From NCBI GenBank assembly GCA_963705255.1, contig OY970061.1, positions 2,336,001-2,400,000 of the forward strand: a stretch of 64,000 bases of DNA, given 5' to 3'. The translations under genes and the position numbers were made by a program. A model generated the notes under the pieces. That model was not told the DNA's origin. It ran no database searches and saw only the letters and a program-made list of their open reading frames with translations. This document shows, in pieces, positions 60,469 through 64,000 of this stretch. Source of the stretch: an uncultured Methanoregulaceae archaeon. Its GTDB lineage: Archaea > Halobacteriota > Methanomicrobia > Methanomicrobiales > Methanospirillaceae. The number at the start of each line of letters is the position of its first letter. Position 1 is the stretch's first letter.

Positions 60469-61366
60469 ATGGTGAACATCTCGGAACCTTACATCATCCA
60501 GTACCCGAAGATCGTCGCAGTGGCCGATGAGACCGGAGAGCGGGTGGAGCTCATCGAGTTTTTCGAATGTATTGGCGGGGCTATGTGGACCCAGCACCAT
60601 TACGCGAAGAGCCAGATTGTGGATGACGTCCGGTGCGTGGGTTCAACAACCCGGTACCTGATCACCCCGGGATCAGTCGATCTCGCACTGGAAGGCTCCC
60701 GGTTCCCCGCGGGCATTTCCGGGGTTGTCGTGGATGATACCGAGATTGCGATCACCTATATTGGCATGGGGGGAGGGGGCGTTGGCGCCGCAGCCTGCAG
60801 GTCGGATGCTGTCGGTGTCCTGCGGAGCAGGAGTGATCCGGCCGGTGGGGGGAAAGTGGCCGGTGCCACCCTCTGGATCCCCCGCAGGCAGCGGGTGCTG
60901 ATCGGGGTCGATGATACCGACACCCCGGAAGAGGGTGCGACATGGACCCTCGTCCATAACATTGCAAAAGCCGTGGAAGACGAACAGTCTGTCTATCTCT
61001 CCCATACGATCGTCCAGCTCTTCCCGGTACCTGTACCGCACCAAGAACTGCGTGAGCCTGGTTGCGGAATTTGCATCAACGGATCCTGATGGTCTTATAG
61101 ACCGGTTTCATAGCCTTCTTAAGCGGTACACCCTTTCGCAAAAAACCGGGATGGCGGCTTATACCGGATTTTCCCTGTCCGAAGAACTGCTTGCATTCGG
61201 GAGGAAAGTCAAGCGTGGGGAAGTAGAGCCCGGACTCCTGGAAAATCTCGGGGACGATAACCTCCGAATCATCATGAAGGGGCGGGGGATCATAGGGGCA
61301 GTCGCGGCCATTCCCTTCTCCACCAACTATAAAGAGGCACTCGAATTATGCAATGGAAGGATGTAA
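60469..61366 (+). CDS. Methanogenesis marker protein 11 (DUF1743-like); frameshift near 61032
   Basis: ELIEFFECIGGAMW, GGGGVGA, IGVDDTDTPEEGATW, QLFPVP|YRTKNCVS, GRGIIGAVAA. Confidence 0.82.
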
Positions 61367-62316
61367 AAGCCCGGCTCCTTGCCGCAGGATCAGCCCGGCT
61401 CACCGGAGAACCTGCGGACACGTTTATTGCACGCTCCGCTGCAGGACCGGGCGCCGGCGGAAAGGGATCGGTTTTCTTTGCGATGGGCGGCCACCGGGTA
61501 AAATTCGTCCTCAACCCCACAAGCGGCATTGAGATCGCCCACCGGGGCAATGGCGTGGCTGACCTGTATTTCGAGGGACAGATTTTCCCCGGCCGCCTCC
61601 TCGAGCCCGGGTTCCACTGCCCTGACCAGGCCTTCATCACGGTGACGGGCAGCTGCATATTCAGGTGCCGGTACTGTAATGTGCCGGGAATCGGGGGCAG
61701 GCGCAAGACGATCGAAGAGATAATGGACATGGTTGAATCGGTGAGGCACCGCATCCATGCGATCTCCATAACAAGTGGAGTCCTTTCAAGCATCGGGGAA
61801 GAGGAAGCCTATGTTCTCGAAGTCGTAAAACACCTCACGTTCTTCGGGCTCCCCATCGGTGTTTCCATCTATCCGACCGAAAAGACGCCCGATCACCTGC
61901 ACGAACTCGGAGTTGCGGAAGTGAAGTTCAACCTTGAGGCGGCAACACCGGATCTCTTTGAACGGATGTGCCCCGGGCTAGACTACGACCGGCTCTGGCG
62001 CGTGCTGGATCGCTCCGTTGAACTCTTTGGCAGGGGACGGGTTTTTTCCAATGTTATCATCGGACTTGGCGAGACTGATGAAGATTTGGAGGCCTGCATC
62101 CGTACACTGACCGGCCACGGCGTGATCCCGGTGCTGCGCCCGCTCAACCCGGTCGCGGAATTCAGCGGAACACCCCGCCCGTCCGCCGAGCGACTGAAGA
62201 AAGCCTTTACGATACACAGCAGGGCTCTCTCTGATGCCGGCCTCGATACACGCCAAGCGCTCACGATGTGCACGAACTGTGCAGGCTGTGACTTGGTTCC
62301 CGGGAGGGATGAATGA
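61348..62316 (+). CDS. Radical SAM protein
   Basis: CIFRCRYC; C-terminal MCTNCAGCDL. Confidence 0.88.
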   Translation: MQWKDVKARLLAAGSARLTGEPADTFIARSAAGPGAGGKGSVFFAMGGHRVKFVLNPTSGIEIAHRGNGVADLYFEGQIFPGRLLEPGFHCPDQAFITVTGSCIFRCRYCNVPGIGGRRKTIEEIMDMVESVRHRIHAISITSGVLSSIGEEEAYVLEVVKHLTFFGLPIGVSIYPTEKTPDHLHELGVAEVKFNLEAATPDLFERMCPGLDYDRLWRVLDRSVELFGRGRVFSNVIIGLGETDEDLEACIRTLTGHGVIPVLRPLNPVAEFSGTPRPSAERLKKAFTIHSRALSDAGLDTRQALTMCTNCAGCDLVPGRDE

Positions 62317-63584
62317 AAGGAGTTACCGGTCTGGCCGATGCCCTTCTCCGATATACCGACCGCCGGTATACTGTCCCGGGGTTCCCGATCACCAACCTTG
62401 GTGATCTGACAAAGGCTGAGATGGTGATCAACGAGAAGACGGCACTTGAGTATGCCCTCGGGGACTCCCTTTCCAGACGACGTGCCGCGGTGATCATCAA
62501 GAATGTCGGGGTGAATGCCTGTGCAGACCCACTCCTCCAAGCGACGGCACAGGGCCTCATCGGCGGGGTCGTTCTCGTGGCAGGCGATGACCCTGACTCC
62601 ATCGGGTCCCAGACCGCCCAAGACTCGCGATACTACGGTGAACTGGCGGAACTCCCGGTGATCGAGCCGGATGAAAACACCTGTTATGCGGCCGTGGAGT
62701 CCTCGCTTGAGGCTTCGGAAAAATTCTCCCGCGTAGCAATCCTCCGCCTGACCCCTCAGATACTTGACGCTGAGATCGCTTCGCATATCGTCCCCCGTCG
62801 GGACCGGAAGGGCAGGCTTTCAGAGCGCACCTGGACCATGAACGGGCGGATCACGGCGGCAGAACAGCTCTACCGGGAGATGTTTGCCTGGTCGGACAAG
62901 TCACCCCTGAACACCTGGAACGGGGAACCGGCAAGTGCCGGTGCCGCACCGGGCAACACCCGGATCGTGACGGTTCATCCCCTGCCGGGACGGGCAGGAG
63001 AGATCCGGGACATTCGCGAGTTCGGCCGTACCTTTGTCCGCGACCACCGCGGTCTCCGGCCCCCCGTTCCAAAGGAACGCCCGGAGGTCATGGAGGACCG
63101 GGGGTATTACCGCACATTCTGTGCAGACTGCCCGTTCAGGCTGGTGCTGGACATCCTCAGGGAGCGGGGGTTGAAGCTTATCTGTGATGCCGGGTGTTCA
63201 GTCTTCGGCATGACGCCGCCGTACGAACTGGGGGTGGCAAGTTACGGAATGGGTGCGAGCATCGCCGTTGCAGCCCAGAGCACCGGGGTTGCCCTTATCG
63301 GGGATTATGCGCTGCTCCATTCTGGCCTGAATGCCTTGATCGATGTCTACGAAAAACGCCGGGCTCTCCTGTGCGTAGTGATGAAGAACAACTGCACGGC
63401 AATGACCGGCGGACAGCCGGCATATGACCCCGTCCCCTACCTTTCGTGGGCGGACCCGGTCATCTGCCGCGCCGAAGACGAACGGGTGCTGGAAGAGGAA
63501 CTCGTGGCCGGGGACGGGCCGCGGACAGTTGTCGTTGAAGGGGAATGTCCGGAGGGAAGCCACCATGAAACCGTGGAATGTTGA
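62313..63584 (+). CDS. Thiamine-diphosphate-dependent enzyme, IorA-like
   Basis: NEKTALEYALG, KNVGVN, GDDP, GDYALLHSG...NNCTAMTGGQ. Confidence 0.85.
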   Translation: MKGVTGLADALLRYTDRRYTVPGFPITNLGDLTKAEMVINEKTALEYALGDSLSRRRAAVIIKNVGVNACADPLLQATAQGLIGGVVLVAGDDPDSIGSQTAQDSRYYGELAELPVIEPDENTCYAAVESSLEASEKFSRVAILRLTPQILDAEIASHIVPRRDRKGRLSERTWTMNGRITAAEQLYREMFAWSDKSPLNTWNGEPASAGAAPGNTRIVTVHPLPGRAGEIRDIREFGRTFVRDHRGLRPPVPKERPEVMEDRGYYRTFCADCPFRLVLDILRERGLKLICDAGCSVFGMTPPYELGVASYGMGASIAVAAQSTGVALIGDYALLHSGLNALIDVYEKRRALLCVVMKNNCTAMTGGQPAYDPVPYLSWADPVICRAEDERVLEEELVAGDGPRTVVVEGECPEGSHHETVEC

Positions 63585-64000
63585 GATCTGTGATGTGACG
63601 CTGAGGGATGGGGAACAGACGCCGGGAGTCTCGTTCTCGTGCAGGGAGAAAGTGGATATTGCCAGCACGCTGGATGCGATAGGGATTGAAGTCATCGAAG
63701 CGGGTTTTCCTGCCGTATCCGCGAACGAAAAGGAGTGCGTGACAACGATCGCCGATCTCGGGCTTGACGCCCGCATCTGTGGTTTTGCCCGGGCCCGGGA
63801 AGGTGACATACAGGCAGCGATCGACTGCGGGGTGGACATGGTGAGCATTTTCATTCCGACATCCGAACTTCACGTCCGGCTCAAGTTCAGGAAGCCCCGG
63901 GAGCAGGTCCTCCAGGATGCCCTGAAGATGATCGATTACGCGAGGGAACAGGGTGTTCAGGTCCGGTTTGCAGCCGAGGACGCATCCCGGACCGATCTGC
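63565..64000 (+). CDS. Homocitrate synthase family (AksA-like), truncated by window end
   Basis: MKPWNVEICDVTLRDGEQTPGV...IEAGFP...FAAEDASRTD. Confidence 0.88.
   Translation, partial: MKPWNVEICDVTLRDGEQTPGVSFSCREKVDIASTLDAIGIEVIEAGFPAVSANEKECVTTIADLGLDARICGFARAREGDIQAAIDCGVDMVSIFIPTSELHVRLKFRKPREQVLQDALKMIDYAREQGVQVRFAAEDASRTDL

Overview
Chromosomal segment of a hydrogenotrophic methanogen of the Methanomicrobiales (Methanoregula-like). The assignment rests on the McrA/Mtr sequences, the mtrA-mtrG fusion and the fwdG-fwdF-hdrCBA-mvhD gene order. Main blocks: the S10/spc ribosomal super-operon (rpl3 to secY-adk-DUF106-cmk, 311-15004); a small accessory block (15.1-21.7 kb); the mtrEDCBAF(A-G)H operon; a decayed mobile-element patch (28.0-30.9 kb); a signalling/metal block (30.9-47.9 kb); mcrBDCGA; the fwdG-fwdF-hdrCBA-mvhD operon; ftr; and a marker-11/radical SAM/ThDP/homocitrate-synthase cluster running off the end. 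Most notable signals missed by the ORF track: (1) a dispersed family of hairpins that read as GNA-triloop, tandem-GA ssDNA-type folds, including a ~30.5-bp periodic six-hairpin array; (2) a casposon relic (Cas1-solo C-terminus, AT-rich cargo, TIR-like end, target next to a tRNA-Leu-like 3' fragment); (3) a shared CATATG-centred operator in front of a Cys/His-rich peptide-DUF134 unit, DUF169 and an unannotated DUF5320 peptide-atwA unit; (4) a wHTH-FHA plus membrane Ser/Thr kinase pair; (5) a G-run/C-run palindrome field; (6) a structured rpl3 leader. Several genes, including essential mcrG, carry single-base indels that are most likely sequencing errors. Family assignments are from motif recognition and memory; no database search was run.
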